From assembly GCA_004524725.1 (NCBI GenBank), contig SDNW01000003.1, positions 1 through 59,631 of the forward strand: a stretch of 59,631 bases of DNA, read 5' to 3'. This DNA comes from Promethearchaeota archaeon. Its GTDB lineage: Archaea > Asgardarchaeota > Lokiarchaeia > Sigyniarchaeales > SOKP01. This document shows, in pieces, positions 18,131 through 27,539 of the stretch (its first letter is position 1; each line of letters opens with the position of its first letter). The notes under the pieces are model-generated. The model saw only the letters and a list, made by a program, of their open reading frames with translations, did no database searches and was not told the DNA's origin. The translations under genes were made by a program, and so were the position numbers.

Positions 18131-19066
18131 TTAATGAGGTTTAGCAAATTTGTTAGATTTTTCATCAAAATAAATTACATAGTTCTTACCTAAAATTCTC
18201 TCTAATCGATCATGATATTGTGGTTCTTTTTTTTGAATCCACCGCATAGCATGCTTAATAGTCCAGATCAATCTCTTATTTTCCTTGGATAATCCCCTCT
18301 CAGAAGCTAAATCCTCCGTAACTTTGATTTTTGCTAAATCAATCCAATTTTCCATTAAATCGAATATCTTTTCGGGCATATATTTTGAGAGATCTTTTAA
18401 ATTGTTTCCAACTGATTTTCTGACATAAATTGAATTATCCGCTTTTAATTTTGATAAAATCATAAGGACTTTATTGTTTTTGTCTGCCTCTCTAAGCCAT
18501 TTGATCAAACTGGAAGGTCTTAAACTCTCTGAAACTAAACGTCGAAGATTCTCATTATTTTTGCTCGTTAAATAATTTAAATACTGGAAAGTAGTTTCAG
18601 GTTCTTTCTTTAAGCATGAAAGAATTGGATATATGGCAGTCTCACGAACACTCCACTCATGATCTATAGCGGCTAGCTCTATTAAACTTTTTGCTTGGGG
18701 TAAGGATTGAGGAGAAATTAATAAAAATTCTGCCAAAAGGAGTAAAGAAAGATATTTTGATGATAAAGAATTGTTCTTCATATCAAATTGATAAAACTCT
18801 CTACTTAATTCCAAATAATTATCAGAAGTTAAATCCAAAGTTTTTGATAGGAACGAAACCAGCTCTTTGGCAATATTTTTACAGATGTAAATTGCGCCTT
18901 TTCCGATTCGTTCGCGTTCTGGGATTATTTTATATTCATATTGTAAATGCTCTATTAGAGTTTTTATCATTTCTTGAGATCTTTGGAGAAAATATTCTTT
19001 AGGTATTTTTTGCAAAAACGAAAGTGTTCTCTTCCTGATTTGGGATGCAGAACTAATCGAAGGCAT
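18131..19066 (-). CDS. HEAT-like repeat DNA alkylation repair protein (AlkC/YhaZ-like)
   Basis: HEWSVRETAI, LRRLVSESLRPSSLIKW and SIYVRKSVGNNLKDLSK resemble the vRRlaSEgxRP...W and YVRRSVANxLNDISK signatures as I recall them. Confidence 0.5.
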   Translation of the reverse strand: MPSISSASQIRKRTLSFLQKIPKEYFLQRSQEMIKTLIEHLQYEYKIIPERERIGKGAIYICKNIAKELVSFLSKTLDLTSDNYLELSREFYQFDMKNNSLSSKYLSLLLLAEFLLISPQSLPQAKSLIELAAIDHEWSVRETAIYPILSCLKKEPETTFQYLNYLTSKNNENLRRLVSESLRPSSLIKWLREADKNNKVLMILSKLKADNSIYVRKSVGNNLKDLSKYMPEKIFDLMENWIDLAKIKVTEDLASERGLSKENKRLIWTIKHAMRWIQKKEPQYHDRLERILGKNYVIYFDEKSNKFAKPH

Positions 19067-19078
19067 TTCCTAATATAT

Positions 19079-20569
19079 TTAGTTTTCTTTGTATAATTTT
19101 ATTTCTATCAATAAATCAAGTATTCTTGGACCAAATGTTGCTAATAAGTATAGATTTTCCCTTGAACCTAATTTTAATTTTCGATTTCTGATTGGGAGGA
19201 CTAATTGCTTAGATCCGTAAGTGCTGGCGATTCTATGATCCAAGTGATTAAAATCGGGGCGGTTTTCTTCTGCAAGAACTGTGTGCATGAAATCTGAGCT
19301 ATCTTGGGTACTCAATTCTGCAAAGTAATAATGTAAATCAAGATAATTACCTACTTCGTGCTCATTAATAAGTAGTGTAGTAGTCGTATGGTAGGAGCGT
19401 AATAATAATTCACCGTCATTTAATTCTGGATACTTGTTTATTATTCTATCGAAGATATTCTTAATAATATCAGTCAAAAAGAGCAATTGAGTGATACTAT
19501 AACTTCTTAATTGTACTATATTGGTTGATATAATTTGATTTATATAAGATTTGTCAGATTGTTCTTTTATTTTAGGATAAGTACTAATGATACCATTATC
19601 AATCGGCTTAAAAATTGACTTATTGAATCGATTAAGATTGCGGAAAGCCCACGTTAGTAACAAATTTTTTTGAGTGAAATTTAGTTTTTCCGTTGCTTCT
19701 ATAAAACCTCTTACTATTTGAGAGATTTCTAGTGTTGGAGTAGCACTTCCAATTGATATTCTTTGCCAGAAATTCTGAATGAAACCTTGTGTTCCAAAAA
19801 TCTTGGTAAATAGATTACTAGGAGTCATTCCCCCAATAGATCTTGGATCAAATTCAAGCCATACATTAGGGTATTTCTTAAATCGGTTAAGAATATTTTC
19901 AAATTCATTATAAATGCTAAAACCACTAAGGATGATATAATTATTCAAATGAGAAGCAATAAAACTCTCAATTCTTTCTGGTGATGCAAATTGAGAGTGA
20001 TTGTCTCCAAATTTAAAATTACTTAAATCCACTTTTATAAAAAGAGAATTTTTTCGGCAGTAATTCATTAGATTCATTAAGTTTTGATTCACTTCTTCTG
20101 TTAGATTTAATTTTGTAAGGGAAGGATAAATTGCTACTCCACAAACGGGTATTAAATCTTGGATTTTTTGAATTTCGTTAATAATATGATGTTCTGTGGT
20201 TTTTTGATTAAGATTAAATGAAAGTATGCCCTTAAACATGCTAGGATCTCTCTTTACTAATTCAATAACATCTGAATTTGCTATTCCATATGATTTACTT
20301 GTATTCATAGCTTGAATTAATCCTACATGAATATTGGAGCAATTCATTTCAATTTTTAAATCTTCTATCCTTAAATTTCGTCGATAAAAAAGGGGGTTTC
20401 CTTCATTATCCTTTATTTTTAAAAGGTTCTTTAATGTATTTGAGGGCTCAATGTCCGAAAAAATTGGCCATATTAGGCTATCTATGTTTCTATAGGAAAA
20501 TGCATCGCCATAGTCTACTCCAAATATACATGTAAAATCGGGTTGGTATAACCGTTCCATAACAATCAA
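19079..20569 (-). CDS. Two-domain protein: degenerate amidohydrolase-like TIM-barrel region fused to a YjbQ/UPF0047-like C-terminal domain
   Basis: The C-terminal SYHTTTTLLINEHE...NHLDHRIAS...LVLPIRNRKLKLGSRENLYLL resembles the UPF0047 motifs HTTAxLxINE and H...PvxxGxLxLGTWQ. The N-terminal assignment is weak and based on pattern only. Confidence 0.4.
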   Translation of the reverse strand: MIVMERLYQPDFTCIFGVDYGDAFSYRNIDSLIWPIFSDIEPSNTLKNLLKIKDNEGNPLFYRRNLRIEDLKIEMNCSNIHVGLIQAMNTSKSYGIANSDVIELVKRDPSMFKGILSFNLNQKTTEHHIINEIQKIQDLIPVCGVAIYPSLTKLNLTEEVNQNLMNLMNYCRKNSLFIKVDLSNFKFGDNHSQFASPERIESFIASHLNNYIILSGFSIYNEFENILNRFKKYPNVWLEFDPRSIGGMTPSNLFTKIFGTQGFIQNFWQRISIGSATPTLEISQIVRGFIEATEKLNFTQKNLLLTWAFRNLNRFNKSIFKPIDNGIISTYPKIKEQSDKSYINQIISTNIVQLRSYSITQLLFLTDIIKNIFDRIINKYPELNDGELLLRSYHTTTTLLINEHEVGNYLDLHYYFAELSTQDSSDFMHTVLAEENRPDFNHLDHRIASTYGSKQLVLPIRNRKLKLGSRENLYLLATFGPRILDLLIEIKLYKEN

Positions 20570-20672
20570 AATTTAGAATTTTAATAAAATTTAGATATAT
20601 TAATTAAATTACAAAAATCAAATAATAATTATAAATTTACTTTCAACTACATTTTCACCGAAACTTCTTATC

Positions 20673-22652
20673 ATGCTAAATCTCGAAAAAGGAAAATTCC
20701 CAATCATAATTAAACCAAACTTAGGGCAACCAACATTGATAAATTTAAGAGATCATAAAGATATGAATGGTCTTCTCATGGAAAATATTACTTTTGATGC
20801 AATAATTATTACTATACCAGGTTATCCAACTACAAAGATATTACAATCATTTTATTCAAACCTTTTTATTCAGCCTATTTTAAAAGATGAGGGAGAATTT
20901 TCTCAAAGGAGAGGAAAAAATATTGATTTGCAACCTATTGAGATTAAGAAGTTAGAAGATTTCAATTTCAATGACGTAAAACTTCTAGAAGAAGAAAATG
21001 GTATCATTTGGGATATTTATAATTCATTGCTTGAAGTAGATAATATTTTTGGTAAAAGAAAAGAATTACATAAGATTACTTTCAAAATTCAAAATATTCA
21101 TCAGATTGAGGAATTAATGAGATCTTTAGATAGAGATTTTATCTTATTTGATATTGTTCATGATATCCCTAATATGATGGAATTTAAAATCAATTATCAC
21201 AGTATTGCGATTTATGATAAGGATTGGGCTACTTTTAACTTCATTCATTCTACTGATTTCCATATTGCTCGGAGAAATGATTTTATTATTAATTTTATTA
21301 AAAAGAAGGTAAAAATTAAAATTAAAAATCGTGCAAAAAATCCAAAAAGATCGCAGAAAGTTGATGATTTTATCCTTCATCGAGATTTTGAGTATAAAAA
21401 AGGTTTTCAAGATGAAAAATTGGATAAAATCCAAAAAGGGAAATTAAATTTTAATTATAGTTTACGCAAATTAATAGAATTTGCTAATAAAAAAGTGTTT
21501 GAAAATAAACTAGATTTCGTTTTAATGACGGGAGATTTAATCGATTATCTTAATATTGCTCGAGGTAATTATCAGTATGAAAATAATTTTCATGTATTTT
21601 TAGATATTTTATTAGGTAAAAATAAAAATCTACCTCCTTATTTAGGGGAAGATGAGGAGTTTATTAATAGAAAGGAGATTTTAACTCCAATCTTTACTAT
21701 AACAGGAAATCATGATTACAGAAGCGATCATTATGGTATAAGATTTGGGCAAATTCATAAAATTTTCGGAATGACCCGTTCAGACATTAAAGGATACTAT
21801 GACATAAAAATTTTTAATTATATCACTGCACTTCGTTCTCGACTAAAGTATTTGAAAGATTATTTCAGATTCATAAATCCTAATCTTAATTATCAAGTAA
21901 ATATCGGAAAATCATATAATTTTATCTTCCTTGACACAGGAGAAGACTCTATAGCGGATTTACACGATCTTCTCAAAGGAGGACCTAGCACCAAAGGAAT
22001 TAAGGATTACCAAATCGATCTGCTTCGAGCTTACATTAAACTAAGCTATGACAAGAAAGTTGTTATTGTTATGCATACTCCTCCTATAGCCCCAAACTTA
22101 ACATTTATGAAAAGAAGAAAATTTGCTAAACGATTTGGGGTGAAGAAAAAAAATTTAAAATGGTCTCACTTTTATGAAGAAAATCTTAGAAAATATAATG
22201 AGACAGGAAGATTAGATCAAATTTTAAATATGAAATACCAAACTATTATGTATAACTGGAGTACACTCCTCAAGATATTTACGGGTTCTGACAAGGTTAT
22301 TAGAAGGAAAGTAGATTTTGTTGTTTGTGGCCATACGCATACTTTAAGAGAGTATCGGCTAAAAGAAGCAAAAGAGCCTGAAATCATTAATTTTGGGTTC
22401 TGGCTTTTTCCTGTTTATATAAAAATTCCCTGTGAAATGTACACCTCGAATTATAGTGAGCAATTTAATGATTTTACGGAAGATGAGTTTAAGATTTGGT
22501 TTGATGTGTATAAACCATTTATATTTCAAACACAAGCAATCGGTCCAATATCGGCAAAAAGTAAGTTTAAACCTCCTGGTTTTCGTTTCATCGAGGTTAA
22601 AAGTAATCAAATCATAGGTGCGGACATATATTCAATTCATTTGAAGGAATAA
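20673..22652 (+). CDS. Calcineurin-like metallophosphoesterase with a ~190-aa N-terminal extension
   Basis: Ordered motifs DFH (STDFHIA), GDLID, GNHD (ITGNHDYR), MHTPP and GHTH. Confidence 0.75.
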   Translation: MLNLEKGKFPIIIKPNLGQPTLINLRDHKDMNGLLMENITFDAIIITIPGYPTTKILQSFYSNLFIQPILKDEGEFSQRRGKNIDLQPIEIKKLEDFNFNDVKLLEEENGIIWDIYNSLLEVDNIFGKRKELHKITFKIQNIHQIEELMRSLDRDFILFDIVHDIPNMMEFKINYHSIAIYDKDWATFNFIHSTDFHIARRNDFIINFIKKKVKIKIKNRAKNPKRSQKVDDFILHRDFEYKKGFQDEKLDKIQKGKLNFNYSLRKLIEFANKKVFENKLDFVLMTGDLIDYLNIARGNYQYENNFHVFLDILLGKNKNLPPYLGEDEEFINRKEILTPIFTITGNHDYRSDHYGIRFGQIHKIFGMTRSDIKGYYDIKIFNYITALRSRLKYLKDYFRFINPNLNYQVNIGKSYNFIFLDTGEDSIADLHDLLKGGPSTKGIKDYQIDLLRAYIKLSYDKKVVIVMHTPPIAPNLTFMKRRKFAKRFGVKKKNLKWSHFYEENLRKYNETGRLDQILNMKYQTIMYNWSTLLKIFTGSDKVIRRKVDFVVCGHTHTLREYRLKEAKEPEIINFGFWLFPVYIKIPCEMYTSNYSEQFNDFTEDEFKIWFDVYKPFIFQTQAIGPISAKSKFKPPGFRFIEVKSNQIIGADIYSIHLKE

Positions 22653-22669
22653 TATTATGCTTTAGTTAT

Positions 22670-23629
22670 TTAGGAGTGCTTCATGAATTCAATAACTTCA
22701 TTATATGTTGTATTAGGTATTGGTCCAAAATGAGTCACTTTTAGTGCACCCACGGCATTTGAAAAGCGCGCAGCATCAATGAGATCCCACCCAGCTAAAT
22801 ATGAGACTATAAATGCTCCATCAAAACTATCTCCCGCACCTGTGGGATCAAGTTCTTCTACTTCATAACTTGATATTTGCCTATAGGATTCAAAGTCTTT
22901 CGAATAAACAGTACATCCTGCTTTACCTCTTTTTAAAACAATAAGAGGAATATTTTGTTTTAATAACTCTTGACAAGCTTTGTTAGAATCTTTTGTTTGA
23001 GCTAACATTGTAGCCTCTTCCTCACTAGGTAATAAAATATCTGTGTGTTTTAAAATTGGTTTACAAATATCTAATATTTTTTCTATTTCAAGCATTTCAG
23101 GACGCAAGTTTGGATCAAAAGATATAATTACATCGGGATTCTCCTTTTTAGCTAATTTTAAAGCTTCATAACAAAATTCGCGAGAACTGGAACTAATTGA
23201 TAATGAGCTTCCCATTATATGGAGAACTTTTACATTTGAAAAATAAGAACTCTTGAAATCCATTTTAGAAAGGTCTCCTGCTGCTCCAGGGGCAAATATG
23301 AATTTGCGCGAGCCGTCCGAGTTATATTGGTTAAAAGCAATGCCCGTAGTTTTACCGTTCTCAATTCTAATTTGAGAAATATCAACACCATCCAATTTAA
23401 GTTTATGAATAATAGTTAAACCAAACTCATCATTTCCTACTACTCCAATAAATCCTGTAGTAAACTTAAAAGGCTTTGACATTCGAGCAGCGGAATCTAT
23501 AAAGATTGCAGGCGCACCACTTGGATATGGTCCACGATAAACTGCACCTATTGCAGCGTGAGGAACATTTACATCCTTGCGCATTATCTCAACCAATAAC
23601 TCTCCAAAAGAGATAATATCTGGTGTCAT
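22670..23629 (-). CDS. PfkB-family carbohydrate kinase
   Basis: The C-terminal DPTGAGDSFDGAF signature and an N-terminal GG-type lid region. Size is typical (319 aa). Confidence 0.8.
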   Translation of the reverse strand: MTPDIISFGELLVEIMRKDVNVPHAAIGAVYRGPYPSGAPAIFIDSAARMSKPFKFTTGFIGVVGNDEFGLTIIHKLKLDGVDISQIRIENGKTTGIAFNQYNSDGSRKFIFAPGAAGDLSKMDFKSSYFSNVKVLHIMGSSLSISSSSREFCYEALKLAKKENPDVIISFDPNLRPEMLEIEKILDICKPILKHTDILLPSEEEATMLAQTKDSNKACQELLKQNIPLIVLKRGKAGCTVYSKDFESYRQISSYEVEELDPTGAGDSFDGAFIVSYLAGWDLIDAARFSNAVGALKVTHFGPIPNTTYNEVIEFMKHS

Positions 23630-24076
23630 ATTGATGGCAAGTAAGTTTTTTATTATATTTATAAGAAATCAAAATAGCTTAAAACTTTAATAATTTGAAA
23701 GTAATGAATTGGAAAAAAAAATTTCTATAAAGAAAATTGTGAAAGGGAATAAAATTAGGAAATAAATAGCAATCCCATTTTTGTAAGCCTTTGACAAGTG
23801 TAAGACTAATTTACCTATTACGGATTGTTATGGATGCAGTATAAAGTTTAAGAAAAAAGCAACTAGAACTGGCATATATTTAATAATAGGTTTTGTGATA
23901 GGAGTTATTGTAATAACACTGGTTTTAAACAGCATATTTAATTTCTTTTTTACTAAAAAGTTGTTTGATTATTTATTTAAATCTCTTACCATAACGAAAT
24001 TAATTGAAATAGAATACTTTTAAATTTTCCAAGGTTAAATATAATATTAAAAATTGAATTCTCAAGGGATAAAAAA

Positions 24077-25111
24077 GTGGTATTAAAAACAAAATTAACT
24101 TCGATGTTTGGAATTCAACATCCTATAGTTGCAGCCCCAATGGGACCATTTTATACTACAAAATTAACCGTAGCAGTGTCTGAGGCAGGAGGTTTGGGTG
24201 TTTTAAGCCATACTAATCTATTTGGTAAGAGTAGTCTTCAGGAAATGAAAGCAAATATGGAATATGTTATAGAACATACAGATAAGCCATTTGGATTTAA
24301 TATTCGTACTTCAAGACTCCAGATTGATGCTGCTACTCTGTGTAGAGCTATTCCGAAATTCATAAGTAAAAATCCAAAATTAAGAGACCAATGTATTTAT
24401 GCGGTTACCAGTGCAGGCACCCCAAAAATGTTCCAAAGTAATTCACTTCGAAGACTAAGGGAAGCGGGTTCTCAGATGAAGCACTTTCATGTTGCACCGG
24501 CACTATGGCTTTCAGATAAATGTGTAAGTGCGGGTGTAGATGGTATTGTGGTAACCGGATGGGAAGGTGGTGGTCATCAATCATATGAAAAAATAAGCAC
24601 CTTAGTATTACTTCAACAAATCAAGCAAAGGCATCCCGATATCCCATTAGTTGCTTGCGGTGGTTTTTCAAGTGGACAGGGGTTAGCTTCAGCTTTAGCA
24701 TTAGGTGCGGATGGAATTGCGATGGGATCCCGATTTATTGCGTCTAAAGAAAGTGAATTTCATGAAAAATATAAAAATGTAATCCCCCCTGCTAAAGCAA
24801 GTGATACGATCTATGTTACAGGTGTTTTAGGTCCAATTCGGTTATGGAAAAACCAATATTCACTACATCATGGTGTAGTGTCAAGTAAAGAGGAGAAATT
24901 AGAGGAAGAAACCAAATTAACTCCTGAAAAAGCATTAGAGGACCAGAAGCATTACGAAATGACATACGATGGAAATATTGAGGATGGAGCCGTGTTGCTG
25001 GGTCAGAGCATTGGAGCGATTGATTCGATTGAAAGCTGTAAGGATATCATAGATAATATTGTGAAGGATGCAGAAAAACACTTAACTGATTCTTATTCTT
25101 ATATCCAATAA
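24077..25111 (+). CDS. NAD(P)H-dependent flavin oxidoreductase (nitronate monooxygenase / FabK-like)
   Basis: GIQHPIVAAPMG, GWEGGGH and GADGIAMGSRF are classic NMO/2-nitropropane dioxygenase family motifs. GTG start. Confidence 0.8.
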   Translation: MVLKTKLTSMFGIQHPIVAAPMGPFYTTKLTVAVSEAGGLGVLSHTNLFGKSSLQEMKANMEYVIEHTDKPFGFNIRTSRLQIDAATLCRAIPKFISKNPKLRDQCIYAVTSAGTPKMFQSNSLRRLREAGSQMKHFHVAPALWLSDKCVSAGVDGIVVTGWEGGGHQSYEKISTLVLLQQIKQRHPDIPLVACGGFSSGQGLASALALGADGIAMGSRFIASKESEFHEKYKNVIPPAKASDTIYVTGVLGPIRLWKNQYSLHHGVVSSKEEKLEEETKLTPEKALEDQKHYEMTYDGNIEDGAVLLGQSIGAIDSIESCKDIIDNIVKDAEKHLTDSYSYIQ

Positions 25112-25182
25112 TAAATAATAAAAATTTATTACTTTCTTATTTTAATTATATTGTAATATTTTTAGAAATCTTAGAGAAATTT

Positions 25183-25425
25183 ATGATGAAAGCAAAAAGG
25201 AAAATAGCTTTGATTACGGAAATTTTAGATCGATATGATGAGGGAGTCTGCTTTTATTGTGGAGGTAGTTTAAATCGAGATTTTGAAGCTGATGATTATG
25301 ATGAAGGATACTCCCCAGATTGGTGTCCAAATTGCTGTAACAACATAGATCCTTATGATGATTGGGACCAAGCTTGCCTTGATGCTATTGATAAAGTGAT
25401 TCATAATGAACCATTTGAAGCATAA
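25183..25425 (+). CDS. Small acidic Cys-rich (zinc-ribbon-like) protein
   Basis: CFYCGG...CPNCC arrangement in an 80-aa D/E-rich ORF. Confidence 0.4.
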   Translation: MMKAKRKIALITEILDRYDEGVCFYCGGSLNRDFEADDYDEGYSPDWCPNCCNNIDPYDDWDQACLDAIDKVIHNEPFEA

Positions 25426-25469
25426 ATTAATATTTGTATCTCTATTAATAAATTAATTACAGTGATTTT

Positions 25470-25952
25470 ATGAATGAAAATAGAACCCAAATAAAGCCAT
25501 ATGAATATATGGAATACTTTATGCTTGATACTGCCAATTTGGTCTCCATGGGAGGTGATGGGCAGGTAAATGTTATGGCATTATTATGGAAAACAATTGG
25601 ACAATTATGGATGATCCCAACAATAACTGTTGCGGTGGCTCCGTCGCGTTATACTTTTGAACTATTAACGAAGGGTGTTCCAGAATTTACGGTAAACATT
25701 CCTTCACCTGAAACTGCAGGGTCAATTAATGTTACAGGAGCCCTTTCAGGTCGCAATACAAATAAGGTAGAACGAGCTGGTTTGGAATTAATTAAAGGAG
25801 TTAAAACTGAAGTACCTACCATTAAAGGGAGTTTATTGAGTTATGAGTGTAAAATTATTCATACATGCCAATCCGGTAAAATGGCAAGCCATCATTTATT
25901 TTTCGGTCAAATATTAACTGCGTTTGCCTCCAATGACATCGTTAAGAAATAA
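25470..25952 (+). CDS. Flavin reductase-like (FMN-binding split-barrel) domain protein
   Basis: The size (160 aa) and the pattern NVMALLW...TVAVAPSRYTFELL...EFTVNIP...GxxSGR resemble the flavin reductase/DIM6 family. Confidence 0.6.
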   Translation: MNENRTQIKPYEYMEYFMLDTANLVSMGGDGQVNVMALLWKTIGQLWMIPTITVAVAPSRYTFELLTKGVPEFTVNIPSPETAGSINVTGALSGRNTNKVERAGLELIKGVKTEVPTIKGSLLSYECKIIHTCQSGKMASHHLFFGQILTAFASNDIVKK

Positions 25953-26013
25953 GAAAAAATATATCTTCCACATTCCAAATTCTGTGGAGAAGGATTAGGT
26001 AAGAGGTAATTGA

Positions 26014-26229
26014 ATCATTAGATCGCCCCTAACGTTCATTTGTACTCAATGTGAAAATGAATTTAAATTAGATAAGATACAATATAAATGTCCAGAATGT
26101 AATGGCTTATTATGGATTAAAGCAGAGATAAGTAATTATAAACAACAGTTTTTTAAACTTAAAACAGTATCTTGCTTCTGGGATTTACATTTTACTCAGC
26201 CTAATATCAAAAAAGAATACAAGACCAGC
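26014..26229 (+). other. In-frame zinc-ribbon coding extension of the ThrC-like gene with no ATG/GTG/TTG start
   Basis: 72 sense codons continuous with the 26230 ORF encode ...FICTQCENEFKLDKIQYKCPECNGLLWI..., the N-terminal CxxC...CxxC ribbon typical of archaeal threonine synthases. An in-frame TGA lies at 26011-26013, and there is no canonical start between it and 26230. Confidence 0.6.
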
Positions 26230-27447
26230 ATGAATGAGGGAGCAACCCCTTGTAATGATTCAGAAAAAATTGGAAACTCCATTGGTTTGAAAAATCTAAT
26301 CTTTAAAAATGAAATTAAAAATCCAACCAATTCATTTAAAGACAGAGTCGGTGCATTATTAGTCTCACATGCTAGAAGTTGGCTCTATGATAAGATCATT
26401 TGTGCATCCAACGGAAACCAAGGAGCCTCTCTCGCTGCTTATTGTTCTTTGGAAGGAATGAAATGTGTTAATCTTGTTCCAAGTAAAATAGATATGGGTA
26501 AAAAAGCTCAGATGATTGCTTATAATTCTGAAATTCTTATCAAGGGTGAATTCGTTAACGAGACTATAAAATATGCTTTGGATAAAAAATATGAAGATTA
26601 TTATCAAGCAACGCCAATATACAACCCGCTTACAATAGAGGCTCAAAAAACGATAGCCTTTGAAATATGGAAGCAAAAAGGTGTACCAGATTGGATAATT
26701 ATACCTATGGGAAGCGGTGAATTGTTAGTAAGCATTTGGAAGGGTTTTTTAGAATTAAAAAATTCAGAAATAATTGAAACTCCTCCGAAGTTAGTTGGTG
26801 TACAATCTTCTTTATCTTCTCCAATTGTAAATGGTTTTTTTGATAAAAAAAAATCAGAAATAGTAAAAACAGATATCCAGAAATCTCACGCATTAGGTAT
26901 ATTAGACCAAAAACCTATGTACAAGAACCTAGCAATAAAATTTATAAAAGAAAGTAAAGGAACTATGATAGCCATCCCTGAGGATCTAATAGTATCTTCT
27001 GTCGACGAACTAGTAAGAAGTGAAGGGATTTTCGCTGAACCCTCATCCGCGCTTACTTTAGCTGCTGTTCACCAATTAAACGACCAAAATCTCTTTGATG
27101 AAAAAGATCAAATAGTATGCCTTATTACGGGTAGTGGTTTAAAAGCACCATATATTTTAGAGGCGATTTCAACTCAAACAACCACCTCGGGAAAGGGATC
27201 AATCATCATTACCAAGTTAAAGATTCTCTCTCAGATCTCCTTATCAAGTATAAAGGGAATAAGTGGTACAAAAATTAGGGATTTAATTAGTTCTATCAGT
27301 TTAGCTGCGATCTACCAACATTTATATGATTTAGAAAGTAAGGGACTAATCTATCGAAAAAAAGAAGGGAAAAACGTACTTTATTTTATATCAGATACAG
27401 GCAAAAGAATTTTAGATGCATTAGATATCCTTCTTACCTTAATCTAA
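26230..27447 (+). CDS. Threonine synthase-like fold-type II PLP enzyme fused to a C-terminal winged-helix domain (5' boundary uncertain)
   Basis: SMNEGATPC (ThrC SLGEGxTPL), the PLP-lysine motif NPTNSFKDR, SNGNQGASLAAY and ITGSGLK. The C-terminal ~80 aa (ISGTKIRDLI...IYQHLYDLESKGLIYRKKEGKNVLYFISDTGKRIL) looks like wHTH. Confidence 0.75.
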   Translation: MNEGATPCNDSEKIGNSIGLKNLIFKNEIKNPTNSFKDRVGALLVSHARSWLYDKIICASNGNQGASLAAYCSLEGMKCVNLVPSKIDMGKKAQMIAYNSEILIKGEFVNETIKYALDKKYEDYYQATPIYNPLTIEAQKTIAFEIWKQKGVPDWIIIPMGSGELLVSIWKGFLELKNSEIIETPPKLVGVQSSLSSPIVNGFFDKKKSEIVKTDIQKSHALGILDQKPMYKNLAIKFIKESKGTMIAIPEDLIVSSVDELVRSEGIFAEPSSALTLAAVHQLNDQNLFDEKDQIVCLITGSGLKAPYILEAISTQTTTSGKGSIIITKLKILSQISLSSIKGISGTKIRDLISSISLAAIYQHLYDLESKGLIYRKKEGKNVLYFISDTGKRILDALDILLTLI

Positions 27448-27539
27448 TATTTATTATAATAATATACTCAAAATGTAGAAGCATCTTTAGAAATATGGGT
27501 GGGTCAAAAAATTAATATATAAGTTGAGACTTATATATT

